Positions 24,609-35,009 of a stretch of 64,000 nucleotides of DNA are shown here, one piece after another. Under the pieces are notes generated by a model that saw nothing but the letters and a program-made list of their open reading frames with translations, made no database searches and had not been told where the DNA came from. Origin of the DNA: Tetramitus jugosus (lineage: Eukaryota; Protista; Heterolobosea); the NCBI GenBank assembly GCA_937625935.1, contig OW569391.1, forward strand, positions 248,001 through 312,000, given 5' to 3'. Both the position numbers and the translations under genes were made by a program. Positions within the stretch are counted from its first letter, which is position 1. Each line of letters starts with the position of its first letter.

Positions 24609-25169
24609 ATGAAGTCAATCATCGTAATTGCTCTCATTCTAGCTTTCTATGTGTATTCATGCATGGGTACGTGTACTAACTGTGGACCGAATGATGGTTG
24701 CTGCAATGACTTGAATAACAATGGAGGTCGTCCTACTTGTTATAACAAGGCCACCCATCAATGTAACAATGGCAACAGACTCTGTCCTTTGAATTTCCTC
24801 TCCTGTGGACTTGCATGCTATTCACCAGCTAGCTATCAATGTAACAGTGGAAACAAACTTTGTCCAGTCAACTTCCTATCATGCGGAGATGCTTGCTATA
24901 GTCCATCTCAGTATGCTTGTGTCAATGGACAATTGGTCAACCAATGTATCCCTGGAGCTTGTGGACAGTTGCTCTGCTGTCCAGTCAATGGTGGATGCTA
25001 CAATCCAAACCATTTTGCTTGTACCAATGAGGGTCTGTTTGTCAGATGCTTTGGCATTCCTTCAAATGATCCAACCGTTTGTAATGGTCACGGAACATGT
25101 AATGGATTGGATATCTGTGTTTGCAGAGATGGATTCACTGGTCCTAATTGCTTCGTTCCACCTCCTTAA
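24609..25169 (+). CDS. Secreted Cys-rich protein: CBM52-like repeats + EGF-like domain
   Basis: Signal peptide MKSIIVIAL..., repeats LCPxNFLSCGxACYSPxxYxC, and C-terminal CFGIPSNDPTVCNGHGTC...C.C..GFTGPNC. Confidence 0.75.
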   Translation: MKSIIVIALILAFYVYSCMGTCTNCGPNDGCCNDLNNNGGRPTCYNKATHQCNNGNRLCPLNFLSCGLACYSPASYQCNSGNKLCPVNFLSCGDACYSPSQYACVNGQLVNQCIPGACGQLLCCPVNGGCYNPNHFACTNEGLFVRCFGIPSNDPTVCNGHGTCNGLDICVCRDGFTGPNCFVPPP

Positions 25170-25413
25170 GAGAATCAAGTCATTGAACGTGGGATTCAAT
25201 TGTATATAAATGATTGTATCGTGCATAGCTCGAACCTTTTGTTCTGTCCAGAGTCTTTTCTTCAACTTTATTCCGGAGCTAAGCTAAAAAAAACTGGACT
25301 TTCAAATGGTGCATCTCGAATTTTTGGATCAAACAACAACGCGGACGAAAAACACAACAAAAACAAGTTCAATCGAAGAAGATCAAATTTTTACATTATT
25401 ACATCAATAAATC

Positions 25414-26043
25414 ATGTCCACACCTTGCAGAAGAAGACTATTACGTGACTACAAGAAACTAAGAGAAGATCCACCTTCAGGTACGTCGTGTGATCACAAC
25501 ATTATTGACTGCGATTTTTTTTTGTTTGATTTTCTTGTTTGTTTTTCAGTGTTGTGTTGTGATGATTGTTATTTGACTGACTTTTCATTCTCGTTCATTC
25601 TCAATTCCTACATGTCAGGTATCGGAGGCGCACCAAGTGAAGACAATGTTATGCAATGGAAAGCTGTCATTACTGGTCCAGACAGTACACCATGGGAGAA
25701 TGGAACGTTTAAATTGAGCATTGAATTTACGGAAGAGTATCCAAACAAGCCACCAAAGGTGAAGTTTGAAACAAAAATGTTTCATCCAAACATTTATAAC
25801 GATGGAGCCATTTGTTTGGACATTTTACAGAATCAGTGGAGTCCGATCTATGATGTCAGTGCAATTCTAACCAGTATTCAATCACTGTTGACTGATCCGA
25901 ATCCAAACTCGCCAGCGAACAGTGAAGCCGCAAGACTGTACACTGAAAACAGAAAGCTCTATGAGAGGAAAGTGAGAGAGATGGTTGAGAAGAGTTGGGA
26001 GCAGGACGATGAGGAAGATGACGAAGACGATGAAGATGAGTAA
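25414..26043 (+). CDS. RAD6: Ubiquitin-conjugating enzyme E2 Rad6/UBE2A
   Basis: [37 protein letters not shown] and an acidic tail. Intron 25481-25618. Confidence 0.95.
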   Translation: MSTPCRRRLLRDYKKLREDPPSGTSCDHNIIDCDFFLFDFLVCFSVLCCDDCYLTDFSFSFILNSYMSGIGGAPSEDNVMQWKAVITGPDSTPWENGTFKLSIEFTEEYPNKPPKVKFETKMFHPNIYNDGAICLDILQNQWSPIYDVSAILTSIQSLLTDPNPNSPANSEAARLYTENRKLYERKVREMVEKSWEQDDEEDDEDDEDE

Positions 26044-26596
26044 GCCACACTGGTCATGCATGTCAGTCATTAAATTTGATTGCTTCTCAGAAATGCGATG
26101 GATAGCTCGTGTGTGCCTGTCTGCACATGTGCCAACCACCAACTAATCTGACGATGAAAAATCCTCTCTGAAGTGTGATCAAAAACTCTATGATTCCGTG
26201 GCAGAGACTCTATTCATTTGGATTAGTAAACAATTGTAAACTGTAACCTTCTGTGATGCACCTTCCTTGTCTTGATGATGGGCTTCATTGTATTGAATCT
26301 TCATTTTTGTAAAGAGCGGAAATTTTTTGTCCGACATTTCATATTGTAATCTTCATTTTTTCTCTATGACATAAAAAAACACACCAAACAAGCACAGTTC
26401 TTTGGACGCGCATAAAAGCTCATACAGTGAATCAGTAGATCGAGTTCACCAATCAATTTCTATCCATCCAATATTTGTTCTATTCAATAGTTGTCTTTCA
26501 TATCATCATATCTTCATCACCACTACCGTACTACATATTCATAATCAACAGCACACAAATCAATCATAAAAAACAAACGATCATCGTAAACAAAAA

Positions 26597-28080
26597 ATGA
26601 GTTCTCCAACCCAATCACAACAACAAGCGAATGTATCATCAAACAAGGGACCAACTCAACAACAACTACCAATGCAAGGTGGTGTTCGTGGTGCAGTTCC
26701 CCCACAACAACAACCAACTCATCAACCTCAACAAGCTCCAGCAACTGGTGGTGGCATACCATATGTTGGATCTAAAATTAGTTTGATTTCCAAGGCTGAT
26801 ATTAGATACGAAGGAACTTTGTTCAACATTGACGCAATGGCCTCTACTGTCGCATTGAAGGATGGTACGTTTTTTTCTTTGGATCATGTGCTCCATTTTT
26901 TTTTATGTGATCATGATGTCTCTCTTTTATCATCCTGATCTCCATTTTGTTCGCATACGATCACTAACACAATGATTTTTCTTCACATTCCAATGAATGA
27001 CGATGACTATTGTGATGATGATTAGTGCTGATGTTCGGTACTGAAAACAGAAGAGAGACTGATCATATTCCACCATCTGACAGATTGTACAATTACATTG
27101 TTTTCAAGGGATCAGATATCAAGGATTTGACAGTGTGTGAGCCACCAAAGCCAGCTCAACCAGTTCTGCCACAAGCAGGCTACCCTCCATACAATCAACC
27201 TTATATGGGAATGGGACATCCTAGTCAGTATCCTTATGGAAACTACAACCCATACTTTTATGGTCCTGGTGCAGGTGGTGTTCATCAAGGTGTTTTCTAT
27301 CCACCTCAGAATCAAGGTGCATTCTATCCTCCTAATCAACAACAAGCACAGGCACAACAACAACAGCAACCACCATACCCATATGGTGTTCCGCCACAAC
27401 ATGCCAACATTCCTCCACAACACCAGCAGCAACAAGAGAAGCCTTCTTCTCCAACTGCATTGAACCAACAACAACCATCGATGGATCAACCATTCATGGA
27501 GAAGGAGTCAATGGAGAATCAATCTGCCGAAGCAATCTCATCCACTCACGCTCAACAAAATCAACGTAGAACTGGTGGCAGTGGTGCAGGCAGCAAGACT
27601 GGTGGTTACAATGCGCCTAACAGAAGAACTGGCGGCAATAGACCAAGCAAGTCATCGGGCACTGACAAGGCAAAGTTTGATGAAGAGTTCAATTTCGAAA
27701 CAATGAAATCATTGGACAAGGAAGATATTTTGAAGGAAATCAAGGAAAAGAGTCACCATGGTGAAGATGATGAAGACGAGGCTGCTGGAATCACCTCTGC
27801 CTACAACAAGGAATCTTCATTCTTTGACTCACTCAGCACTGACAATGCTGACAAGACTGCTGGCAAGAGAATGTCCAGAATAGAACGTGAAGAACAAAAG
27901 AAGCTTAATATGGAAACATTTGGCGAGAGTGGATCAGATAGAGGTGGTGGCTACCGAAGAGGCGGAAGAGGTGGTCGAGGAGGCCGTGGCGGTATCTCAA
28001 CAAGAGGTGGTAGCGGAAGCGGAAGCAGAGGCGGACGTGGTGGTAGAGGTGGCGGTCGCTTTGGCTCTGATCAACAATAG
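26597..28080 (+). CDS. LSM14: LSM14/Scd6/DCP5 P-body protein
   Basis: LSm domain [22 protein letters not shown] (FDEEFNFE), FFD and TFG boxes, RGG tail. Intron 26865-27025. Confidence 0.92.
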
Positions 28081-28657
28081 AGAAATGAACATTGAGAGCA
28101 AGCATTGGAGTAACAATGTATTGCTCCATTTGGAACACATTTCGAAAACGCGAGTGTAAGAGGATAGTGAATCAACTATGGATCAACACCATAGCATGCT
28201 TCTCTCGAGAAGTCGAATGATGCTGGGTGTTTGAACAAGAGATTGCAATCCATAAGGATCGATGAACAATTACTTCACTCGTCGCTGCTGAACTGTGATG
28301 ATATGATGAATAGTACAACAACAAATAATAATGAACAACAACCACAACCTTAAAAAGAAGAACAAGCGTTCACCCATACAACAACTCCATACATAAAAGC
28401 GAACATTTTTGTGCCAACTCGATCAAAATCTGCTTTTTCACTTTAAAAATTCCGCTCTTTTTTCCCATTACAAAATCCGTTAAGAAAGAAACTCTCGATT
28501 TTCCTGGTGTTGTTGAGTTTCTCCACCCTGATTGAAAGCGGAGTGCAAAAATGTCTGTTGAAGCGAACGAGATCTCCTCCCTCAGAGAGAGCTTGTGAAC
28601 AACACACAGCAAAAAAAGCAAAGCACTTGATCTCCACCAACAACAACAACAACAAAC

Positions 28658-29641
28658 ATGTCTGATCTATATGAAGTAGAAGCTATTCTTCTCTCTCGTC
28701 CAGCCTCTGCCAAATCACGGAAAAAGGGCAGTATTACACTTGATAAACTGACACCACATGACAAGGAATACTTTATCAAATGGAAGGGATACTCGATCAT
28801 TGAGAGCACATGGGAACCATATGAAAATCTCAAGAATGTCAAGACCATGGTCAGTGAATTCATTGCTCACGATGAGAAAAAATTGGCCAAAAATCCAAAT
28901 TATAAAACAATGATTAGTAATCCACAGTTTGCCTGTGAAGAACTCACTGATAAGCGAAGTGTCAATGGAAGAGATGAGTACCTTGTGAGATGGAAGGACT
29001 TTGAACAGGAGACTTGGGAAGATTGGGGTAATTTGCCTCATGAAGCCATTGCAGAATATGAACAGAAGCGTACGGATGAAGGTGATGTGTACTCTACTAA
29101 GACTACTATCACAAAATCGGCAAGTTTGAATGATGTGCCCATAAATCGTCACCATCATGAAGAAGGAGATGCATCGGAGCAGCAGCAGCAGCACAAGAAG
29201 GAGGACACAGAGTTTGGCGGTGATGACAATGCAATGTTGGATGAAGATTTGCAAGATCAGTTGCGCAACAAGAGGAAACAAGCACCGCCATCGTCCTCTT
29301 CGCCAGCACCATTAGAAAAGAGAAGAAAATTGACAAGGGAGGAGGAGGAAGAAGAAGCAAAGGTGTCGTATTTGAATACAGAGAGAGAAAAGTTGACTTC
29401 TGATGCAGATAAGGCGACATTTGATTTGATTGTAAAGCACCCTTGGGAAGTGAGCAAGATTTTCCAAGAGTCAGCAGGCGGTGTTGCAGTGAGAGCAACT
29501 TATGGAGAATTGAAGCAGGAAAAGTTCCCATTAGAGTTGTTTAGGATTGTTCATCCACAAAAGGTGATTGACTTTTTCCTCGCAAGGACAAAGTTTTCAA
29601 CACCTGGTCGTGCAAGCTTGGGTGCCACTCAACAGCAGTAA
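28658..29641 (+). CDS. HP1-like protein with two chromodomains and a chromoshadow-like C-terminus
   Basis: YEVEAIL...EYFIKWKGY...STWEPYENL; second CD EYLVRWKDFEQETWE; C-terminal HPQKVIDFFLARTKF. Confidence 0.8.
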   Translation: MSDLYEVEAILLSRPASAKSRKKGSITLDKLTPHDKEYFIKWKGYSIIESTWEPYENLKNVKTMVSEFIAHDEKKLAKNPNYKTMISNPQFACEELTDKRSVNGRDEYLVRWKDFEQETWEDWGNLPHEAIAEYEQKRTDEGDVYSTKTTITKSASLNDVPINRHHHEEGDASEQQQQHKKEDTEFGGDDNAMLDEDLQDQLRNKRKQAPPSSSSPAPLEKRRKLTREEEEEEAKVSYLNTEREKLTSDADKATFDLIVKHPWEVSKIFQESAGGVAVRATYGELKQEKFPLELFRIVHPQKVIDFFLARTKFSTPGRASLGATQQQ

Positions 29642-29778
29642 GCGAGTTGTGCACATGAATCAACAACCCAGCCCCAGCCCTCTTGAATTGTAAATTTCAA
29701 CCACATTTTTGTAATGAACTCAACCACATCCCCTTAACAAATAAAATTTCTCCCTAATCTATCATTATTTCTTAACCG

Positions 29779-31608
29779 TCATTCCTTTACTCTTGTCTGA
29801 ATTTGTATTGTTTGATCAATTCTGGATGCCAGGTGCTTGTGCATTGATTTGTGTGTCACAATGAGACATGTTGCCTTCTTCTCTTCTTGAATATAGTCCA
29901 CCACCTGGTTCATAACTTTTTCATCAGAGTGAGCATCAAGATTGCTCGTGCACTCATCCAGAACGTAAACTACTGCTCTCTTGTTGTGGTAAAAGTACAG
30001 TGTTCTGCAAATGTTCAACCGTTGCTTCTGTCCCCCAGAGAGCTGTGTTGCATTGTCACCAAGAGCAGTCTGATATCCGTGGGGCAATTTCGTCATAATG
30101 AAATCGTGTATGTCCACCATTTTGCACAACCGGATCACCAAGTCCATGTCAATTGTTTCAACATCAGATCCAAATACAATGTTCTCGAGGATAGAACAGT
30201 GAAACAAAGCTGGATGCTGAGGTACAACTGCAATATAATCAGATCTTAGCTCTCTCGTGTCAATGGATTGTATATCTTGATTATCCAACAAGATGGATCC
30301 TTCTGAGATGGAATAGAATTTGGACAAGAGCACAGAAAGACTCGATTTGCCAGATCCCGAAGCGCCTACTATCACCACTAGTTGTCCGTGAGAGATTTTT
30401 AGATTAAAGTTATTCAATACTGTCACATTGGAGCGTTCTGGATAAGAGAAACAAACATTACGAAATTCGAGGCATCCTGAATGTATAGAACCTTTTGGCA
30501 GAAAGCTGGTAGAAGATAAGGCAGTATCCGATTCAGAACTATCCAGTAATTCGCTCAAGCGATTCCAAGCAGCTTTGCTCTTTTGATACTTGGAATAGAT
30601 GGATGACAACGTACCATAGGATTGAACAACATAGACACTATACAGCAAAATGGATGACAAATTACCCAGTGTAAAGTCAGCGGAAGAATCCAATATACTT
30701 AGTGTGCCCATGACTACCATCACCAATATGGACATGTGAGTTCCCATGTACAACAACCCTTCAAATACACCATTTGCGAGTCCCAGTTTCCTTCCGTACT
30801 GAAACAATGAATTCAAATACTTATTCTCATACACATTCACTTCGTCCTTGTTGCGTCCAAAAGGATATACCATTGTCTTCATGTTGGACAGTCTCTCTGA
30901 TACGAAACTTGACTGGGCACTCAACGACTCCAGATATTGCTTGTTCAACATCTTTACATTTTTAGAATAGAGATAGCCAATCACTAGTGTCGCCGGTATC
31001 CATGCTTGAATGAATATCGTATTCGCCAAATGCGAGCTAAGAGAAAACAAGAATGCCAATCCTCCTATACCTTCACCTATCGCTCTCACTCCAGTCATAC
31101 TATTCTTTGAAATGAATTCCGAGACGACTTCTACGTCGTTTGTGAGCCGATTGGACAAGCTTGGACCACTACAATCGGACCTAGAAAAGAACGATACAGG
31201 TTTTCGCAACATCAATTGATGATAAATGTCACGTCTCAAGCTCCGTGCAATTCTCTGAGAGGCAGTTTGCATATTTACATTTCTAACATAGGTGGCCACA
31301 CCAACAAGACCGTAAATGGAAGCAAGAATACCCAAACCCCTCACAAAGTCCTTCATTGAGTGAGTTGGGCGATCTTCCTTGTTTTCTTCAGCAACAAACA
31401 AGCTCTCTTCACCTTTCTCTTCAAGCACAACGGATTGCTTTCGATTCTCAACACAGGAATCAACAAATTTGCCCACATAATAGGGAAAGCAAACGCTGGC
31501 ACCAGTACTTACCACGAGAGCCAATGAACTGACAGAGATTGGTTTCCAGTGAGGTCTCAGATATCTATTGACAAAAAACTTGCATTTCTTCTTCTGATTC
31601 CACAACAT
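29779..31608 (-). CDS. ABCB half-transporter (ABCB10/Mdl1-like)
   Basis: TMD followed by NBD: FSYPER, Walker A GASGSGKS, signature LSGGQKQR, Walker B LDE, and H-loop. Confidence 0.9.
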   Translation of the reverse strand: MLWNQKKKCKFFVNRYLRPHWKPISVSSLALVVSTGASVCFPYYVGKFVDSCVENRKQSVVLEEKGEESLFVAEENKEDRPTHSMKDFVRGLGILASIYGLVGVATYVRNVNMQTASQRIARSLRRDIYHQLMLRKPVSFFSRSDCSGPSLSNRLTNDVEVVSEFISKNSMTGVRAIGEGIGGLAFLFSLSSHLANTIFIQAWIPATLVIGYLYSKNVKMLNKQYLESLSAQSSFVSERLSNMKTMVYPFGRNKDEVNVYENKYLNSLFQYGRKLGLANGVFEGLLYMGTHMSILVMVVMGTLSILDSSADFTLGNLSSILLYSVYVVQSYGTLSSIYSKYQKSKAAWNRLSELLDSSESDTALSSTSFLPKGSIHSGCLEFRNVCFSYPERSNVTVLNNFNLKISHGQLVVIVGASGSGKSSLSVLLSKFYSISEGSILLDNQDIQSIDTRELRSDYIAVVPQHPALFHCSILENIVFGSDVETIDMDLVIRLCKMVDIHDFIMTKLPHGYQTALGDNATQLSGGQKQRLNICRTLYFYHNKRAVVYVLDECTSNLDAHSDEKVMNQVVDYIQEEKKATCLIVTHKSMHKHLASRIDQTIQIQTRVKE

Positions 31609-31773
31609 GTTGTTGTTCCAGTGAAATGAGTTCTTTCTTTTTTTCTTTGGTGTTTAGCTTTTGTTGGAAATTGTAAAGAAATAATTCTGGGTGAAGGAGA
31701 TGTTTGGCATGGTTGTCAAAAATGTGGTGAGCAAGTGAAGTCAATAATGGTACAATTTATGGATCGGATCACG

Positions 31774-32712
31774 TTAATCATCATGTGTTTTTCTGAGATT
31801 GCTTCTAGCAGCTGCCAGAGCACTCACATTCATCATGGATGCCATCTTCATCGCGTTTTGATCAACACCACCGGAACGAGCCGAAGTTTTGGACAAAACT
31901 TGCTCCAATGACTTCTTGGGTGACTCTTGCTTCTGTTGTTGTGGTTGATCCGCGGATAATTCCTTGTTTGGATCAGGCAGACTCACACTCTGTACTTGAC
32001 TCAAAGCCTTATCAGCCTCCTCCAATGTTCCACTAATGTCAATCTTTGTCTTTGGACGTCTTCTAGCAGACATGGCACTACTACTAGTGGTCTTTCTAGA
32101 AGTTACACTCAATGGTGTACGTGCCGATGTCAGGGTACCATTACTCGAAGTGGCAGTCGATGACAATCGTTCACCAATCAATCCTGTTGGTAATTGAGGA
32201 ATAGAAGGCTTTTGAACCTTGTTGCTAGCAACGGATGGTTGCTGCGAAGCTTTTGTTGTGACCTCAACAGGAGGTTTCTTTTCTGTTGCGACAGCATGCT
32301 TGTTATTGTCGGTAATAACAGTTGAAGTTGTCTTCTTCTCAACAGAAGCTGTTTTTTGAACAACAGTGGAGCTTGGAGTCGAAAGCTTCACTGTATGATC
32401 ATTCTTTTTGGCGTGGACTGTAGTAGCATTTTCGCGCGCTACCGGAGCAGTCTTTACAATTTCTGATTTTGACGTCGGAATGTCAGTTGTCACAGAGGAA
32501 TGCTTTTTTTCGGAGGCATTCAATGTTGGAGCTTGTTGTTGTTGCTGTTGTACGACTCTCTTTTTCGTAATGACAATCTTTCCATCACCAGTCATCTTTC
32601 CATCTGGATATTGCCACTGTTCTCTCTTCAACAACAATTGATAGACAATTGTTGTGACAAGTGAGACAAAAACAACAACATAAATGTTTTGCCATATGAC
32701 GTCAATCAGCAT
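31774..32712 (-). CDS. N-terminally membrane-anchored low-complexity protein with a C-terminal WH2-like motif
   Basis: TM segment at residues ~8-28, S/T/K-rich linker, and terminal ...SALAAARSNLRKT. Confidence 0.65.
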   Translation of the reverse strand: MLIDVIWQNIYVVVFVSLVTTIVYQLLLKREQWQYPDGKMTGDGKIVITKKRVVQQQQQQAPTLNASEKKHSSVTTDIPTSKSEIVKTAPVARENATTVHAKKNDHTVKLSTPSSTVVQKTASVEKKTTSTVITDNNKHAVATEKKPPVEVTTKASQQPSVASNKVQKPSIPQLPTGLIGERLSSTATSSNGTLTSARTPLSVTSRKTTSSSAMSARRRPKTKIDISGTLEEADKALSQVQSVSLPDPNKELSADQPQQQKQESPKKSLEQVLSKTSARSGGVDQNAMKMASMMNVSALAAARSNLRKTHDD

Positions 32713-33354
32713 TTTAGTAGTTTGATATTGGATGAATTTGTTTTGATGTGATTTTGTTTGTGTTTGTTGTTGATGATTCTGTTATGTGTTTTTGGTGACA
32801 TGTGAAAGAAGCTTATTAATTGAAGGTTCAAGGAGGAGGATCCTCGTGGAATGATTTGTCTCGATCATGCATGCAAGCTGGACTAGTAACCTCTCGTCTC
32901 GTATGATCAATTAAAGCTGTAAATAAAGCTCTATTCAGACACTCAACTGTACATTTTCGACTGACAACGGTTGAGGGCTTCCATGTCGCAACTCGAAGTC
33001 TCTGTAGGAATTCGTTACCCGACAATCCAGCTTGTAAAGTAAAAACAAACCAACGACGATATACGACATCGGAATCTCTCTCACATAGTATTCTGAAACC
33101 CAAGGCCTGAATGTTGGACTAATAGAGTCAAGAGATCCACAGATGCTTACTCGAAAATCTTTTTTCCTCTCATAATCCACAATTATCCGCTTGACACATG
33201 ACAAGGCATCCCTCCGAATCAATTTTTGTCACATTGCCAGAGTACCCAATTTCCAACCATTGTCCCATTTTTCTGCAGTTGTGCTCTGTGCTTTTTATTC
33301 CAACAACAAGTAAACAAACAAAACTACATTGATCGTACTACCACTACATAAAAC

Positions 33355-33966
33355 ATGACTGAAGAATCTAACGTTTCTGCCCATGCCACCGGAGTATTTG
33401 CAAAAATCCGATCACTGGCCGACAACCGTGCCATCACTATGACAATGTTCATTGTTGGTATCATTTTGACAGTGTTGATCGGTATCTTGGTCACCCTTGA
33501 ATTGTTCGCCTATCTGGCCTATTGTGGTTTCTACGGTCAATACAATACACCTCTGGCAAAGCAAACCAAGAAATTCGTTGTGCCAGGCGAAGTTTTTTTC
33601 ACAACGGCCGTTGTCATTATCGTTGGAGTTTTCTCATTGTTGGCCACATTGTTCAACACGATTGTTTCCTTTGTGAATAAGGGTCCTTCAACCGGTAGAA
33701 ACATGTTGTTGATTGTGTGTTTGGTCACTCAATTTGTTGCCATGGCAGTGTTGGTCATGCAAAGTGCAAACTTTGGAGGACAGGCCAGAATCTTGCAAAA
33801 GACTTTTGAAAACGTTTGTCCTGTTGAAACTGTTGCCAGAGACAAGAAGAATTGTTGGGGAATGGTCAACTCCTTGTGGACTATTTTTGCAGGCTGTTTG
33901 CTCATGCTCTTCTCCGTCATTTTTAACACTGCTTACAGCGTGTTCATCTTGATGATTAAGAACTAA
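33355..33966 (+). CDS. Four-TM membrane protein, tandem paralog A
   Basis: Four hydrophobic helices and loop cysteines (CP...C). Highly similar to 34266..34865. Confidence 0.85.
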   Translation: MTEESNVSAHATGVFAKIRSLADNRAITMTMFIVGIILTVLIGILVTLELFAYLAYCGFYGQYNTPLAKQTKKFVVPGEVFFTTAVVIIVGVFSLLATLFNTIVSFVNKGPSTGRNMLLIVCLVTQFVAMAVLVMQSANFGGQARILQKTFENVCPVETVARDKKNCWGMVNSLWTIFAGCLLMLFSVIFNTAYSVFILMIKN

Positions 33967-34265
33967 GAAACAGAGCCATTATATGAGTTGTTTTAACGTG
34001 ACAACACCACACTGTATCACATAACACCCAGTTAGTAAATAGAATAATAAACATATGTGAACACTTTTTTTTTCCGATTCAAGCAGAACGACGGGAGTTT
34101 TGAAAACCTCAATCCAGCTTCAACGTGTTCAGTTCTTCTTCGGAAGAGCTAAGCGAGCTCGCATCTGTCATCCCATCAATCCCAATTTCAATTTCCTTTT
34201 TCCCATTCCAATAAATAAACAAACAAACAACCCAAAAGCTTTCAATCTTACATAACATAAAAAAA

Positions 34266-34865
34266 ATGACTGAAGAATCTGCCCATGCGAACGGAGTTTT
34301 TGCAAAAGTGAGAGCACTCGCTGACAACAGAGCCATTACCATTACTCTGTTCATTATTGGTATCATGCTCACAGTGATGATTGGTATTTTGGTCACTCTA
34401 GAGTTGTTTGCTTATTTGGCCTATTGCGGTTTCTATGGTCAATACAAGACTCTTGGTAAGGATTTAAAGGCACGTCTCGTTCCTGGCGAAGTCTTTTTTA
34501 CAACGGCCGTTGTAATTCTTGTCGGAGTTTTCTCATTGTTGGCCACATTGTTCAACACGATTGTTTCCTTTGTGAATAAGGGTCCTTCAACCGGTAGAAA
34601 TATCTTGTTGATTGTTTGCTTGGTGATTCAATTTGTTGCCATGGCAGTGTTGGTCATGCAAAGTGCAAACTTTGGTGGACAGGCCAGAATCTTGCAAAAG
34701 TCCTTGGAAGATTTTTGTCCTCTTGAAACTGTGGACAGAGACAGAAAGAACTGCAAGGGAATGATCAATTCTTTGTGGACCATTTTTGCTGGCTGTTTGC
34801 TCATGTTGTTCTCTGTCGTTGGTAACACTGCTTACAGCGTGATCATCTTGATGATTAAGAACTAA
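34266..34865 (+). CDS. Four-TM membrane protein, tandem paralog B
   Basis: Direct tandem duplicate of 33355..33966, including 3' flanking motifs. Confidence 0.85.
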   Translation: MTEESAHANGVFAKVRALADNRAITITLFIIGIMLTVMIGILVTLELFAYLAYCGFYGQYKTLGKDLKARLVPGEVFFTTAVVILVGVFSLLATLFNTIVSFVNKGPSTGRNILLIVCLVIQFVAMAVLVMQSANFGGQARILQKSLEDFCPLETVDRDRKNCKGMINSLWTIFAGCLLMLFSVVGNTAYSVIILMIKN

Positions 34866-35009
34866 AAAGTGAAGTTGTTCTAACGTGACAATCGCACAAC
34901 AGATCACATTGATAGTTTGTTAGTAAATATATCGAATAAACATGTGACAACTTTTTCATAACCTTCTTTGCTGTTGAAATGAATTGTTGTTTGTTTATTC
35001 GTGTTGTGC

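Noticed and set aside
26225-26350. Recurrent TGTAA in 3' flanks as a green-algal-type poly(A) signal
   Set aside because: It is a short AT-rich word that often overlaps TTG-TAA stops. Enrichment cannot be shown by eye, and AATAAA is also present at several genes.
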